Below are positions 54,163 through 55,378 of a DNA stretch of 55,378 nt, piece by piece. Numbering within the stretch: position 1 is the stretch's first letter; every line of letters starts with the position of its first letter. The position numbers and the translations under genes were made by a program. This DNA comes from Armatimonadota bacterium (lineage in GTDB: Bacteria; Armatimonadota; Zipacnadia; Zipacnadales; UBA11051): NCBI GenBank assembly GCA_046483205.1, contig JAWODS010000209.1, positions 1-55,378 of the forward strand, written 5' to 3'. The notes beneath the pieces were generated by a model. It was not told where the DNA came from. It saw nothing but the letters and a program-made list of their open reading frames with translations, and did not search any database.

Positions 54163-55378
54163 ATGCCGCAATCGGACGAAAAGAAAAGAAGCGAGCTACT
54201 CGTTCCGCTCAACAGGCGGAACTATTTTTTGGCAATAGCCAACGGGATTATTTTTTATGCCGGCAGACGCCTCGCCGACATCACCACCGTGGTGCCGCTG
54301 CTGCTATTCCGGCTGTCGGGTCTGAGGTGGCTCGTCGGCGCCGGACATTCCATCATTTTCATCGCCCGTGCGATACCCCAGGTTGTTGCCTCGCGATGGG
54401 TTGACACCGCGGAACGCAAGCGCCCCATCTTCATCTGGTGTGCTCTCATCCGTTTTCTGACGATCATGGCCATGGGCGTTTCGGTGCTGTATGCATCGAG
54501 GGTCGGTTACACTGTGGCGCTGGTGCTGCTTTTGAGCTTCTTCGCCCTCCGGACGCTTGCACAGGGTGTTTCAAGCCTCGCGTGGTCCGATATCGTGGCC
54601 CGCTCGGTTCCCACAACGAAGCGTGGCAGCCTCTGGAAATGGCGGATGGTGGGCGGGTTGTTTCTCGTACTGCTCTTTTCAGCACCCGCCGTGCGGTACA
54701 TGCTGGGGGATGATGCGCCGTACGAGTTTCCCGCGAATTACGCTGTATTGATCCTCGTCTCCGGCATCATCACCGGGATTGGCTGGTTCGTCTTTGCAAT
54801 GGTTCGTGAGCCCGAGGGGAAACCGGCAAAGCACACCCTGACGATGAAGCAGCACCTTGCCCGCGGCATGCGGTTTGTCACCGAAGACGCCAATTACCGC
54901 CGACTCATGCGGGTGCGAATATGTCTGAGCGCCGCCGGGGCAATCGTTCCCTTCTTCATCGCATTTGCCGTCGATGTGTGGGGCTTTAGAGACGCGATTG
55001 CAGCCACCTTCATTACGGTGCAGATACTGTCACAGATGGGCGGGTCGTTTCTGTCCGGGTGGATATCGGACCGACTGGGGAATCGCAAGCTCCTTGTCGT
55101 CTCCGGTATCACACTGTTCTTTACATCCGTGTTTGCCGCGGTTGGGACCTACGTAACGCCTCCCGGTGGTGTGATGGTGTTGGGACATCTTATAACCTGG
55201 CGCCTGCTGGTCATGATGGCGTGTTTCGTGGGCAGTGGCGTATTCATGTCACAGCTTTTCCCCGCATACACGAACTACCTGATCGACATCGCGCCACGTC
55301 GCAAGCTACCTTCATATATTGGTTTTGGCAGTGGTTTCACGGTACCCATTGCTGCAGCCCCCATTGTCTTCGGGTGGG
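54163..55378 (+). CDS. MFS-type transporter, 3' end outside the window
   Basis: This open frame from ATG at 54163 to the window end (405 codons, no stop) was translated by hand and is not in the ORF track. It has multiple TM segments and the loop motif GWISDRLGNRK. Confidence 0.65.
   Translation, partial: MPQSDEKKRSELLVPLNRRNYFLAIANGIIFYAGRRLADITTVVPLLLFRLSGLRWLVGAGHSIIFIARAIPQVVASRWVDTAERKRPIFIWCALIRFLTIMAMGVSVLYASRVGYTVALVLLLSFFALRTLAQGVSSLAWSDIVARSVPTTKRGSLWKWRMVGGLFLVLLFSAPAVRYMLGDDAPYEFPANYAVLILVSGIITGIGWFVFAMVREPEGKPAKHTLTMKQHLARGMRFVTEDANYRRLMRVRICLSAAGAIVPFFIAFAVDVWGFRDAIAATFITVQILSQMGGSFLSGWISDRLGNRKLLVVSGITLFFTSVFAAVGTYVTPPGGVMVLGHLITWRLLVMMACFVGSGVFMSQLFPAYTNYLIDIAPRRKLPSYIGFGSGFTVPIAAAPIVFGW

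Noticed and set aside
1-55378. Mobile elements, CRISPR arrays, tRNA/rRNA genes, prophage or classical defence-system genes
   Set aside because: I scanned for short spaced direct repeats, T-arm GGTTCGAATCC-like strings, and transposase, integrase or nuclease motifs in the ORF translations. None was found, so the window looks like core chromosome.

Overview
This is a GC-rich (roughly 60% by eye), gene-dense bacterial chromosomal window. It carries about 50 protein genes, and I found no rRNA, tRNA, CRISPR array, transposase or integrase. Most of it is housekeeping, arranged in classical conserved strings. These are acyl-CoA dehydrogenase(3' end)-etfB-etfA running directly into fabD-fabG-acpP-fabF-rnc; rpsO-pnp; rplU-rpmA then obg; mdh-fumA-fumB; mtaD-aroF; and miaA-hfq followed by dapF-dapL-hflX. 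Accessory content includes a wzm-wzt-GT-C glycan export cluster, a PHP phosphoesterase, an M20 amidohydrolase, a large secreted heparinase II/III-like protein, a secreted GH42-like protein, rtcA, a 967-aa TPR protein and a moxR-DUF58-transglutaminase operon. The most interesting locus is 18611-22081. It holds a 2-TM coiled-coil protein, a PspA/IM30 (bacterial ESCRT-III superfamily) protein, and 6 nt downstream a classical-clade AAA+ ATPase that is not PspF-like. I read this as a candidate bacterial ESCRT-III/Vps4-like membrane-remodelling module. The second most interesting locus is a ~790-nt non-coding gap (46164-46954). It has back-to-back near-consensus promoters and a minus-strand intrinsic terminator upstream of moxR, which suggests a ~500-nt structured RNA or attenuated leader. 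All product calls come from motif and family recognition by eye. No database search, HMM or folding program was run. Start codons were refined from Shine-Dalgarno spacing and N-terminal conservation where possible.
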